From the human T2T-CHM13v2.0 reference genome, Homo sapiens: a stretch of DNA of 64,000 nt. The DNA is taken from the NCBI RefSeq assembly GCF_009914755.1, contig NC_060939.1; one strand, 5' to 3'. The translations under genes and the position numbers were made by a program. Within the stretch, counting starts at the first letter, position 1. Each line of letters starts with the position of its first letter. The notes beneath the pieces were generated by a model, which saw nothing but the letters and a program-made list of their open reading frames with translations, made no database searches and had not been told where the DNA came from. Positions 41,180 to 57,100 of this stretch are shown piece by piece.

Positions 41180-42220
41180 CAGTGGTGTACTCCACAATAA
41201 TGGGTTCAACCTTTATGTAGTGCCTTCCCGTACACAATAAAATAGAAAACCATATTCATTACCAAATATCATTCTTTCATGATATAACACACAAAAAACT
41301 ATTTAAACAAACTTCAAAACTTATACTGTAAAACATGTCAGCACCAAAAACTATGCAGGCAACACAGACAAATTTGAAAATTAGAAGAAAACTTAAAATG
41401 TCCCCGTTGTGATTTGGCATTAGCAAAATCACCGATAAGTTTCGCAACTTCTGCTGCCTTGTTTCTGCAGCGAGTGGTGTTAATTCTGTTAAACATTGTT
41501 GTCACAGAGTGTTCCTTAAATAGTTTTTAATTGGTTTTAATTTGGAGAAAAAACGTTTTGCTGAAGATACAGGGGCAGGAATTGTCAAAAATAAAATTAA
41601 CAGATAACATTCTACGGAAAAACTTGGAGACATGCTGTGTCATTGTATACTCCCTTGGCAAATGTATGGATGCTTTAATTTTGTCAGTTTCACGTGTTAA
41701 TGATTTTCACAGAACAGTAAGTTAATTGGTGGTGCTTCCAATGGATCCCTGGAATCTTTCGTTTTCACCTCCTGTGCGTTCTTCACAGCGGACTTTTCAT
41801 CCACATGAATTAATTAGGATGGTGGAAAAAAATGCAATCAAATCAGCAGTTGTATTTAACCCTGAAATCTTAGGCCTATTTAGGTAATCAACATTATCAA
41901 TTATCCATGAAAAAAAGGTAAGGAATATATAAAATCCTTCTTTAAAAAAAAAATCTGCTGAAGCTCAAAGTACTGCTGTCCTGATACTCAGCAAATCAAC
42001 AGGTGGAGGCAGATGATGTAGATGATGCAAAAATCTTTTCATTATTATGGTATCTTGGCAAAATTTTAGCCAAAGCAGTCTCTCTTTTTTTTAATTTGGA
42101 AAATATAGTCAGATTTTTTCACCTATCTTTTAAGATATTAGCATAGTTCTATATGTATAAATGCATAATTCTATTAAAGAATTCTGCATTGCTTCAGCTA
42201 AGGGAGCAACAGCCGCTCTG
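41180..42220 (-). mobile_element. hAT (Tip100/Zaphod-like) autonomous DNA transposon fossil
   Basis: TIR-like 'cagtggtgtactcc' at 41180; AT-rich body carrying hAT transposase C-terminal motifs on the minus strand; right boundary uncertain. Confidence 0.7.
41390..41636 (-). pseudogene. decayed hAT transposase C-terminal dimerisation domain
   Basis: manual translation: ...LLILFLTIPAPVSSAKRFFSKLKPIKNYLRNTL*QQCLTELTPLAAE..., then after a frameshift ...KLIGDFANAKSQRGHF; resembles the hATC pattern LTIPxxxASAERSFSKLKxIKNYLRSTMxQxRL...DFA. Confidence 0.8.
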
Positions 42221-43075
42221 ACAGCTCTGACTTTGCAAATGCCAGCCAAGTGCCCACATTCTCTTGGCTATAAAGGCAGTAGAGGTCAATATGCTTTCCT
42301 AGGAGTCATCAAGTATTGCCAAGGAATAGTCCCAATCTCATTGCATATCACATTTCAGGCATGCCGTACTCTGTTCAAATGGCATCTGGTGTAAAATATG
42401 TATTAGAAACTGCTTCTTCCCAAGATTGAGAAGATCTGAATTATGCAGGGGGAAAACTGACAAGTACAGTGTGTCTACACTTAAGTATATGTAGTATGTC
42501 CTTGTATTTGCTTAGCCAATAGGGTGCTAAGAGGTGGGATTTGAAAGTTCCTGTCTAACAGACAGAGTATGTATTTATTAATAGTTCTCCATAGGCCATT
42601 GGCTACAGAAGAGATGTTCTTGAATATTAATGATATTCTCATTTGATTGTCATGGAAGCCAGAGTGGAATTCTATTCAAGTGCAGTTTTTATTTATACTG
42701 CAATGGTGTCACGTAGATTTAAAAATCAGTCGCCCGCATGATAACCACAGCTAGTACCATAGAAGCTTTAAACTCTCAAGGGCTCCTAGTAACCCATGGC
42801 CCTGAAACAGTGCACCATCCCAGCTTGACATGGGTTCCTTAGTTTCCCCCTTTCATAGTGATCAACTGGGTGATCAAGGCCTCCACAGCCTGGCCCCAGC
42901 TTCAGCCCAGATCCCCACCTAACAAAGCCCCTCCCCAGCCCCACTGTGCTGGCCCTCCTGAGCAAGGCTTCTGTCTTCTGCCACTGCTCCTGCAGCCTTG
43001 TGCCTGCTTTTCAGGTTTTCTCTGCTCCTCTGCCTGTATCAATCCTGCTCATCCTTTAAGACCCGGCATAGACCC

Positions 43076-43540
43076 TGTATCAATCAGGGTCCTGGCAAGA
43101 AACAGCTGATGCATCAGAAAGGGGTTTGAAGAGAGTTAAGGAGGGATGCTTTATAAGGGAATGGCCAGGGCACAGCAAGAGCAACATGAGATGTTGTAGA
43201 ACCCTGGGACGACTACAGTGGGGAGCTGCTACTGTCCCTAGGCTGGAAGAGGTGAGGCGAGGGAGGGAAACCACAGAAGGCCCACAGCCATAAGTGAGGA
43301 CTGCCTGGTGGGAGTCATGGCCTTCGCTGGAGGAAACTGGTTATTGGTAACCCTCAGCTCGGCAGAGAGGAAGCCAGAGGAGTGCAAACCCTACTCTTTC
43401 CTCTTGCTGTGCATCCCCTGTTGCCCATCAACTTTGGCCAAACCCAACTTAGAGAGGGAGGACAAGAAGACCCTTGCGCGGCCCTTATAGGTCAGCCTCC
43501 CAGCCAGAGCAGGGTGGAGAGAGACAGAGCCTGAATTGGG
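43076..43540 (-). mobile_element. ERVL solo LTR (LTR41-like)
   Basis: 'tgtatcaatcagggtcctggcaagaaacag...gaaccctgggacgactacagtggggagctgctactgtccctaggctggaag...tataggtcagcctcccagccagagcagggtggaga'. Confidence 0.65.
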
Positions 43541-44239
43541 AGGGGACCCCTCTGCCTTCTCCCAGGAGCAGCCTGATGAATCCAGCCCAGAGAGGCCTCT
43601 CTCCTCTGAAGGCCAGAGCACTTCTGGTTTGAATGCGCACTTGGCCTGAGTAGCTGTGATGTGTCTTCATGTTGTGCTGCAAGGTCATTGCTTTCTTGCA
43701 TTTTTAGTTTGCCTCATGCTCCCCACTGACTATGGAAGCTCCTTGAAGCAGGGCCTTCACTTGTTCTCTTTGTATTTCTCATATGGAAAGAAGTAAATAC
43801 CCTGGAATGTCTTGCTTGAGTCAGTTTGGAACATATTGTTCCTTTGTTGCCACTCCACCCCACCCCCAACCCAAACACACACCTCCGGGGCATCAGGACC
43901 TGTGCCTGGTAGATTATTCTTGGTAGGAGGGTGGGTATTGAGATAAGGGGGAAGAAGCCAGGAGCCCTGGCCCTGGTTTGGGGAGTTTTCAGCAGATGCA
44001 ATAGGAAGCCAGAGCACAGGGTCAAACAGAGGGAAGCCGAGGGCCAGACCTAGGAGGAGCTGGGTGAGGCGGGCAGAAAGTGTCACCAAAGCAAAAGGGG
44101 AGGGAGACAGAGACTGACATGGGATGCCAGTTGGGAGTACAGGGCCAGGGGACCCGGGCAAGTGAGTTACCACTAATGAGACATTGGAACTGATGGGGAG
44201 GGACTCGGATGCAAGGTTAAACAGGGTGCCAACCGTAGT

Positions 44240-44436
44240 CTAGCCCTATACTGTCCAATATGTCAGCCACTAGCTATGTGTGGCTATTTAAATTTAAATT
44301 AACTAAAATTACCTAAAATTAAAAATTCAGTTTCTCAGGCACACTAGCCACATTTCAAGTGCTCTACTGTGTTGGCCAATGTGGATGCAGGCATTTCCAT
44401 CATTGCAGAACCTCCTACTGTACAGCCTGCTCCAGA
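44240..44436. mobile_element. MER3 DNA transposon
   Basis: 'ctgtccaatatgtcagccactagctatgtgtggctatttaaatttaaattaa...cacactagccacatttcaagtgctc...ttccatcattgcagaa'. Confidence 0.88.
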
Positions 44437-45321
44437 ACATTCTAGAGATCTTAGGGTCCTAACAATGCTAAAAACATACCTGTTTGTTTGATTTGAGCTG
44501 GTCTTATCTGTCTCGATATCAAATAGTCCTAGCTTTCACTTTGCTAGTGAATAATTGTGTGACGAGTCCCCAAACCTCAGCTTTGTCTTCTAGAAAATGA
44601 GGCAAATGACAAAGGACTAATTGAATTGAGGATTTGAAGGTGTCTTGAATGGCCATAGATACAAAGGAGGAGCTCTCTAATAAATATTATTTCCCAAACT
44701 CCTGACGACCACAACAAGGATACGAACCAGCACTTACTGAGAGCTTGTTCAGCTGGCACTGAGCTGAACAGTGATTGCCTTATGCAATTCTCATAGTAAT
44801 TCTGTAGGGAGATAGTATCACTGTTCCCATTTTTCAGATAAGGCAATGAAGCTGCAATAAGATTAAAACTGTTGCTCAATGCCACATAGTGGTGGAGCCA
44901 AGTTTCTTTGTATTTGATTTAAAACTGTCAAACATTGTTCTCTGCTGTTTCCTGTAACATCTTGTCTTCCCACTTAGGCCATTAAGAACATCTTAGGCTT
45001 CATTTGAACCTTGCAATGTGCGTGGCACAGGACTGGACTGATGCTCAGTTGCTAATTGGCACATCAGTTTTGATAAATTTTAACAAAATATTTAAACTTT
45101 CTTTCTTTTTTTAAAAATTATACTTTAAGTTTTAGGATACATGTGCACAACGTGCAGGTTCGTTACATATGTATACATGTGCCATGTTGGTGTGCTGCAC
45201 CCCTTAACTCATCATTTAACATTAGGTATATCTCCTAATGCTGTCCCTAACCCCTCCCCCTACCCCACAGCAGGCCCCGGTGTGTGATGTTCCCCTTCCT
45301 GTGTCCATGTGTTCTCATTAT

Positions 45322-49136
<3,815 letters not shown>

Positions 49137-49199
49137 TATGATGTTAGCTGGTTATTTTGCTCGTTAGTTGATGCAGTTTCTTCCTAGCCTTGATGGTCT

Positions 49200-50213
49200 T
49201 TACAATTTGGCATGTTTTTGCAGTGGCTGGTACCGGTTCCTTTCCATGTTTAGTGCTTCCTTCAGGAGCTCTTTTAGGGCAGGCCTGGTGGTGACAAACT
49301 CTCTCAGCATTTGCTTGTCTGTAAAGTATTTTATTTCTCCTTCACTTATGAAGCTTAGTTTGGCTGGATATGAAATTCTGGGTTGAAAATTCTTTTCTTT
49401 AAGAATGTTGAATATTGGCCCCCACTGTTTTCTGGCTTGTAGAGTTTCTGCCGAGAGATCAGCTGTTAGTCTGATGGGCTTCCCTTTGTGGGTAACCCGA
49501 CCTTTCTCTCTGGCTGCCCTTAACATTTTTTCCTTCATTTCAACTTTGGTGAATCTGACAATTATGTGTCTTGGAGTTGCTCTTCTCGAGGAGTAGTTAT
49601 GTGGCATTCTCTGTATTTCCTGAATCTGAATGTTGGCCTGCCCTGCTAGATTGGGGAAGTTCTGCTGGATAATATCCTGCAGAGTGTTTTCCAACTTGGT
49701 TCCATTCTCCCCATCACTTTCAGGTACACCAATCAGACATAGATTTGGTCTTTTCACATAGTCCCATATTTCTTGGAGGCTTTGTTCATTTCTTTTTATT
49801 CTTTTTTCTCTAAACTTCTCTTCTTGCTTCATTTCATTCATTTGATCTTCCATCACTGATACCCTTTCTTCCAGTTGATCGAATCAGCTACTGAGGCTTG
49901 TGCATTCGTCACGTAGTTCTCATGCCATGTTTTTCAGCTCCATCAGGTCCTTTAAGGACTTCTCTGCATTGGTAATTCTAGTTAGCCATTCGTCTAATCT
50001 TTCTTCAAGGTTTTTAACTTCTTTGCCATGGGTTCGAACTTCCTCCTTTAGCTCGGAGTAGTTTGATCATCTGAAGCCTTCTTCTCTCAGCTCGTCAAAG
50101 TCATTCTCCATCCAGCTTTGTTCCATTGCTGGTGAGGCACTGCGTTCCTTTGGAGGAGGAGAGGCACTCTGATTTTTAGAATTTTCAGTTTTTCTGCTCT
50201 GTTTTTTCCCCAT
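49200..50213 (-). pseudogene. L1 ORF1 (RNA-binding protein), three premature stops
   Basis: ATG at 50213 (MGKKQSRKTENSKNQSASPPPKERS..) is in frame with the 49200-49856 ORF; TGA at codons 49, 98 and 110. Confidence 0.95.
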
Positions 50214-51233
50214 CTTTGTTGTTTTATCTACTTTTGGTCTTTGATGATGGTGACATACAGATGGGGTTTTGGTGTGGATGTCCTTTCTGTTTGTTAGTTT
50301 TCCTTCTAACAGTCAGGACCCTTAGCTGCAGGTCTGTTGGAGTTTGCTGAAGGTCCACTCCAGACCCTGTTTGCCTGGGTATCAGCAGCGGAGGCTGCAG
50401 AACAGCAGATATTGGTGAACAGCAGGTGTTGCTGCCTGATTGTTCCTCTGGAAGTTTTGTCTCAGAGGAGTACCTGGCCGTGTGAGGTGTCAGTCTGCCC
50501 CTACTGGGGGGTGCCTCCCAGTTAGGCTACTCGGGGGTCAGGGACCCACTTGAGGAGGCAGTCTGTCTGTTCTCAGATCTCAAACTCTGTGCTGGGAGAA
50601 CCACTACTCTCTTCAAAGCTGTCAGACAGGGACATTTAAGTCTGCCGAGGTTTCTGCTGCCTTTTATTCAGCTATGCCCTGCCCCCAGAGGTGGAGTCTA
50701 CAGAGGCAGGCAGGCCTCCTTGAGCTGCGGTGGGCTCCACCCAGTTTGAGCTTCCCACCACTTTGTTTACCTACTCAAGCCTCAGCAATGGCGGACGCCC
50801 CTCCCCCAGCCTCACTGCTGCCTTGCAGTTTGATCTCAGACTGCTGTGCTAGCAATGAGCGAGGCTCTGTGGGCATAGGACCCTCTGAGCCAGGCGTGGG
50901 ATACAGTCTCCTGGTGTGCCGTTTGCTAAGATCGTCGGAAAAGCGCAGTATTAGGGTGGGAGTGACTCAATTTTCCAGGTGCCGTCTGTCACCCCTTTCT
51001 TTGGCTAGGAAAGGGAATTCCCTGACCCCTTGCACTTCTCAGGTGAGGCGATGCCTCACCCTGCTTCAGCTCACGCTTGGTGCGCTGCACCACTGTCCTG
51101 CACCCACTGTCCGACAATCCCCAGTGAGATGAACCCGGTACCTCAGTTGGAAATGCAGAAATCATTTGTCTTCTGCGTCGCTCACGCTGGGAGGTGTAGA
51201 CTGGAGCTGTTCCTATTCGGCCATCTTGGCTCC
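50214..51233. promoter_or_regulatory. L1 5'UTR with sense promoter (minus strand) and antisense promoter (plus strand)
   Basis: YY1 core CAAGATGGCC retained at the 5' end; complete 5'UTR; bidirectional activity is known for primate L1, but activity of this copy is unknown. Confidence 0.7.
50788..51132 (+). CDS. ORF0: L1 ORF0 homolog (antisense ORF), open for 114 aa
   Basis: MADAPPPASLLPCSLISDCCASNERGSVGIGPSEPGVGYSLLVCRLLRSSEKRSIRVGVTQFSRC.. matches the L1HS ORF0 N-terminus as I recall it (MAGAPPPASLPPCSLISDCCASNQRDSVGVGPSEPG..); good Kozak gcaATGG; expression unknown. Confidence 0.6.
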   Translation: MADAPPPASLLPCSLISDCCASNERGSVGIGPSEPGVGYSLLVCRLLRSSEKRSIRVGVTQFSRCRLSPLSLARKGNSLTPCTSQVRRCLTLLQLTLGALHHCPAPTVRQSPVR

Positions 51234-52653
51234 ACAAAATATTTAAACTTTCTTCAGTGCTGATTATTGACTTTAATATTTAAGGGCATACTCACCAATG
51301 AGGGTCTTGACAACTAATCCAAGAGTGTTCAATTTCCATCTTTAATTTGGTGCATTGCTTGCAGAAGACTTTAGATCCTGGAGATTTTAGAACCACCATG
51401 CTCTTAGGTGTAGAAGGAAAAGGCTGGTTCCTGTTTGGGGGACACTAGAAACAGAAAGAAATAATGGAACACTGCCTGGCTTTGACTGTAAGCTGCCTTA
51501 AGTTGGAATCTAGTGTGCCTTTGGTTAAGTTATTTATACTCTTGGAATTTCAGCTTCTTTACCTGAGAGAGACAACGTCCTACTTCTCCTGGGGATGGTC
51601 TTGAAGACTGAATGGCTCTATAAAACTTGGCCCAGTGCCTGGAGCACAGATGCTCTCAGCAAACATACTCTTGTCCCCACCCCAGAAAGCTTCCAGGTCA
51701 TTCTGATCTCTCTGGTGAAAGGGAAGGATCTCTTATTGTCTGAACCACACATATTTAAAGAAACTAAAACTGTGTGTCCAGGGAATTATGCTGATTATGT
51801 TAATTTCTACCTTGATTGGTATATAGCACATAGATTAACTAGAACTGCAGAGGGATGGGGAGATGCTAAAGTCACCTCCTAGCCTCCCCCAGCACTGGGC
51901 TCTGGGCTCCCTACCTCCTGCCTGACATGGGTGGCCCTAGTGCCCATTGGGTCTGCTAACCAGGTCCTGGCTGAAGATATGAGGGAGGCCTAGGGGACTC
52001 TTGGGCTGGGACTGAGATGGTTTAAAGAAAAAACATGTGAGAACCTGTGTAATATTGGGATGTGGGAGAGGTGATAGGGCTGAGAGGCACCGAAGGCAGT
52101 GACTCATGGTAGTTCTGCAGCTTGAGGTTATTAGGTGGCATCAATCTGAAAAGAAACTGGGGCTCACCACCCTTTCCCAGCCACTCCCTACGTCAATTTC
52201 TCAGCAGGTTGTTGTCCATTTCCATGGGGAGACATTTCTGTTGTTTCCTCTGGTGAATTCCAGCATGAGCTAGTCTCTCCTTGGGTTGTTATTTGGGGCT
52301 TGGTGAAGGGGGGATTCTGAGCACCCCTGGGTGGCAGTCACCATGTTGTCTGAAGACACCATGTGACTAAGTGTTAGACTCAGTGAACTCATGTCCAAGA
52401 AGGTTGGGGTGTGGTGTGGAAATTACTAATTTTAGAGTCAGATTCCCCTGGGTTCCAGCCTTAGCTCAGTCACGTGGAAGCTGTGCCTCACTGGGCAGTT
52501 ACTTCACCTCTGTGATGTTTTTTGGAACACCAGCTTTGTATTGGGGTTTTCACAGGAGTTATGTCTTCTAATTCTCACAACCAGCCCGATGTAAGGGATG
52601 TTATTCCTATCTCACAGATGATGAAAAACTGAGCCTTCAAGAAGTGAAGTAAC

Positions 52654-52790
52654 TTCCTTCCTTCCTTCCCTCCCTCCTTCCTGACTTCCTCCCTTCCTGC
52701 CTTTCTTCCTCCCTCCTTCTCTCCCTCCCTCCCTTCCTGCCTGCCTGCCTTCCCACCTTTCTGCCATCTTCCCTCCCTCTCCTCTCATTC
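52654..52790. repeat. (CCTT/CCCT)n pyrimidine-rich low complexity
   Basis: seen directly. Confidence 0.85.
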
Positions 52791-53750
52791 TTGATCATTC
52801 CCACTCTTTCTTTCAAACATGTTTTAAGTGCCTGCTAGTTTCACCTACATGATCATCTTTTAATATATTTTTGAGTTCAAAGACACCTACTTGAAGTGCT
52901 TTCCTGCCTCCATCTGGGACATGCTCCTTGGGTCCAGACCAACTCTGTTCTCCCAAGGGAAGAGAAGCAGCTCTCACAGAGGAGCTCCCTTCTTCCGCAG
53001 GATCAGATGCTGCCCTTGTGGCCAGTTGGGTTCCCACCCACCTGATTCTGGAGCCCTGGACCAGAGCCCTACGTTCACCATGGGAAGAGACCTTGTGATA
53101 AGCCACTCCTGAAGGCATGGCCTAACTCTGGACACAGGTGGACAGTGGGTCACCACCAGGCTTGGCCACCACCCAGATCCCCTTGGACCAGGAGATCAAG
53201 GCTTCGTGCTCCATCAAGGACATGAAACAAAACAATGGGGAGGAATAAAACAGGAGACCTAAAAAGCAAGTATTCTTGTCCCTTGTCCAGACTTTGGAAA
53301 CATTTTGTCTTGAGAAAAATCTGATTCACAGAGGGGGCTTGGGGAAGGGGGCTGCAAAGGCAGGTTGAGGAGCTCAGTAAATACCAGAGAGTGAGCCTGG
53401 TAGGAGACTCTGTTCCTCCAGCTCTGAAATGACTGTGGGAACATGAAAACAAGTTTGTTTTTAACCATCTACCAGCACATGGGAGGAGAGAAAGTTCTGG
53501 GATTTCCCTCTCTCTCCTCTCTTCCTGAATTGAAGAAAACTTGGCCATTTGTCCTGCTCTGGTTTCCAATACTGTCTCCTGGGTCCTTAGGAGGTGCTAA
53601 GCCGAGTGGCCAGCACACACAGAGGGTGTTATTCCAGCTTCAGGTCATGCTGATGGAAACTAGAAACCAAGTCCTACCCAAAGCAGAATGAAATACACAC
53701 CCCACATCATCATCATATGGTTTGTTTCCAAAGAAAAACCTGCTTGCTTG

Positions 53751-53792
53751 TTTTTCTTTCTTTCTTTCTTTCGTTCTTTCTTTCTTTCTTTC

Positions 53793-53848
<56 letters not shown>

Positions 53849-53986
53849 TTTCTTTCCTTTCTTTCTTTTCTTTCTCCTTCCTTCCTTCCTTCCATCCTTC
53901 CTTCCTCTCTCTCCCTCCATCCCTCCCTTCCTTCCTCTCTCTCCCTCCATCCCTCCCTTCCTTCTTCCTTTCTTCTTTCTTTTTTT
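53751..53986. repeat. (CTTT)n/(CCTT)n compound STR grown from a FLAM tail
   Basis: 14 perfect CTTT units at 53794-53849, followed by CCTT/CCCT variants. Confidence 0.95.
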
Positions 53987-54106
53987 GATAGAGCCTGGCT
54001 CTCACTATGTTGCCCAGACTGGTCTCAAACTCCTGACTTCAAGCAATCCTCCTGCCTCGACCTCCTACAGTGCCGAGATTACAGGAGCAAGTCACCATTC
54101 CTGGCC
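53987..54106 (-). mobile_element. FLAM_C / Alu left monomer
   Basis: 'tctcactatgttgcccagactggtctcaaactcctgacttcaagcaatcctcctgcctcg...gattacagg...ctggcc' monomer only. Confidence 0.88.
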
Positions 54107-57100
54107 TAAAATTTTCTTTTATCAGCACCCCATTTTCCAACAACCTGCAGTTACGTTGGCCAAAGGCCAGAATCTACTTCTGAAAGCTCCTGCTTCATCT
54201 AAGGCCTCAACTCTTGCCCCTCTCCCTTGACCTCTATGTTGTTAATGTAATAATTTCTTATTCTTAGAGTTATGGGCTCTGGCCCAGTGTGGAGGGGCCA
54301 GAGGCTGACTGAAAAGCAGGCCCAGAGAGAGGAAGAAATTCATTCACCCAAGGTCACAGAGCTTTCAGCAGAGCTGGGACAGACCTCCTCTGACTCCCAG
54401 GCTGGGGCAGTTTCCTCCAGGGCTCCTCACCCAACCACGAGTTGTTCTTCGGTGACCCCAGGCACCTTCACAGCTCCAAACATCACCACCAAGAGCTGCC
54501 TTGACTTTTCAGACGTCATCGAGAACAATAACAACAAAAAAGCATGAAAGAAAAAAGAAAGCAACAAAAACAAAAAGTAATAAAACCCTCCACCGTTCCC
54601 CAGCCCTGACCCAAGATGCCTTCATTGCACAAATCAGTGGTGAGGTTTCCCCACAGCCTGCTCTGACCAGGGTCATTTTGCAAGGGAAAGTGGCATGTTT
54701 TGGGATTGTACCCCACCCTGTATGTTTGTAGGTGCTGTATGTCTGAACATTTAAACTAGAATGTCTTCAAGAGCACCAACCGTGCTATTTGTTTTTCTCA
54801 GGCTGTTTTCATTAAGGCTGTGGCCTCCCAGGCAGAGCCCAGGGACTTAATTACGGCACCCAAAGGTTATCTCCCCAAACTAAATTTCATCTCATGTCGG
54901 GCAGCTGGAGCCAACTCCGCCAGCTGTCTTAATAGTTCAGACTTTGCCTCCCGTCCCTCTGCTTGGAAATTAGGCTGGCTGGGTCAGCTCTATACCCACA
55001 CTTACTGCCTGCAATGCTTTGTGAGAGGAGTTGCCTGCCCTTTGGCTCTTGCACACCTCCTGGAATGACAATAAAGCCTTCAGTGATTGAGGGCAGAGAT
55101 TTCCTTATTCACCTTCATATCCCCAGCACCTAGCCCAGGTCCAGCACAGAGCGCAGGAAAGGTCTGTCAAATTACCATGTATTTCCATATATTTCTATTT
55201 TACTCAGGTTGGTCAACTCCTCAGCTCTTGAGCCTACATTTTGCCTCTGCACTTTAGCTCGGGTTGTTCCCTCTACCTAAAACGCCTTTCCACCTCCTTT
55301 CTACTGCTCAGAATCTTGTCACTTTTCAAGGACCAATTCTACCCCCTCCTAGAGGGTGCACTTCTTAAGAAAAAGGGTTGGGCTGATTTATGCATGTATC
55401 CCTATGTAGAAGTGTTCAGCACATGTCTGTACCAAGAATAAATAAATGAATGAATGAAACTCTGATTTCTCCCCCCAACCCCTCCAGGTTTTTGGGCCCT
55501 TCTCAGAAACCCCCCAGCCCATGGCGCTCTCTTCTGCTCATTGGGCTGACCTGCTTATTGGGTGCCTCTTGACTCTTTGGTCATCATCTGGCCCAGCATC
55601 CCAGGCTATGATTGGCTATCTTGAGGAAATCTTTCTCTCTGTCTTCTAACACTATTTGCCTTATTTTCTCCCATCTAAACTATGTCCAAGGGAAGTCCTA
55701 CATGAGGGGATATATGGCACGCTGGCCCAGGTCATGTCCAGGGGGGCCACCTGGGGTGGAGACAAGTAAAATCATGGGTCCAGGGAGGAAAGAAGTCAGG
55801 TCCTGGAGATGTGCTTGGATGGGGGGCAGGGAACGTGCTCTCAGGCACATACCACAGGCTTTAGAGCTCAAGTCAGAGACATTTTCTGCCCAGAAGGTGC
55901 AGTGTTCCCTAAGGGCTAGCATTGGCAGAAAAGGACTGCTGAGCCAATGACCATGGCTGTCAGGAACTCAGATCCTAAGGCAAAGATGGCGGCTCACAGC
56001 AAGAATTGGTTGCTCCATGCTGGGCCTGTGGGCTCTTGACCAATAGGAATGGGCAGTGGCCAGAGGCCTGCAGGTGAATCCTGTTACTAAAGCAGCCAGC
56101 GGCATTTCAGGCTCTTCAAAGGCTGGGTCCATGTCACCACCTCATCCCAGTGTTTGTCCAAGTCCCATTGCATCAGAATCTATGGCATGGGACCAGGAAC
56201 CTTCACCTTTAACAAGCTTCCAAGGTCCTGCTTAGATGCACTAAAATTTCACGACCACTGCCTCCTGTTTCTCTGAGTTTTCACATACCACAGCTCATGG
56301 TTGGACAACATAAATATTTCAGCTTATAAGTCACAGGGGGTCTTCCCTGTTCCTTGAGATCCAGGTAAGATTGGCTCAGATCCCCAAATTCCTCCTCCAT
56401 GGAGATCCAAGGACCCTAAGATTTCTGAGCCTCTCCAGAAGCTACACATTCAATTGGCTCTGGCTGCCTCAGAGTCTTGCTTTCACACTTACTATCTTCA
56501 TCCCACACCTCACGGACCCAGATGGGAAGCTCAGCCGCTTCTCATTTTCCACATAACAATCTGCTGGCGCAAAGCATTCGTGGGTGAGGCAGATTTATTT
56601 GAAGATACGGGGTGGGGCGGGGGTGGGGATGAAGGAAGGATTTACATCACTGCAATGCAAACAACTTCAAGTTGAACATGAGATGCTCCCATTCTTAAAA
56701 TGCCCTTCTGGCCACTCCACTGCTGGGTGCTTCTCTCTGGCCTTTTGCTCCAGGCAGCTACAGCTTTGCACCATCTTGCTGCTCCCCAGTCCCTGCCTTC
56801 TCTGATTCTCTCTCCCGTTTCTTTCCTTGTTCCCTACAGAGGAGGCTGGCCTTTGCCCCACGGCCTTGGCTGCAGCACCATCACATGCCTCCACGCCTCT
56901 CCATCTCCTCATGAAGATCTCTCTCCAGATAGAGACCATTTCCTCCCTAGAGGAATCCTTGTACTATCCGTAGGTGAGAACACTTCACCTCATTACCTGG
57001 ATGTGGAGTGTTGAAGCTGGAAGGGATCCCAGAGATCGTAAGTCAAACTCCAGTGAAACAGTCACAGGCCCAGTCTCTGGCAGGTGCGAGGCAGAGTGGA

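Noticed and set aside
53640-54230. K/E/R-rich and F/L/S-rich ORFs up to 180 aa
   Set aside because: They are stop-free readings of the (CTTT)n STR and the FLAM
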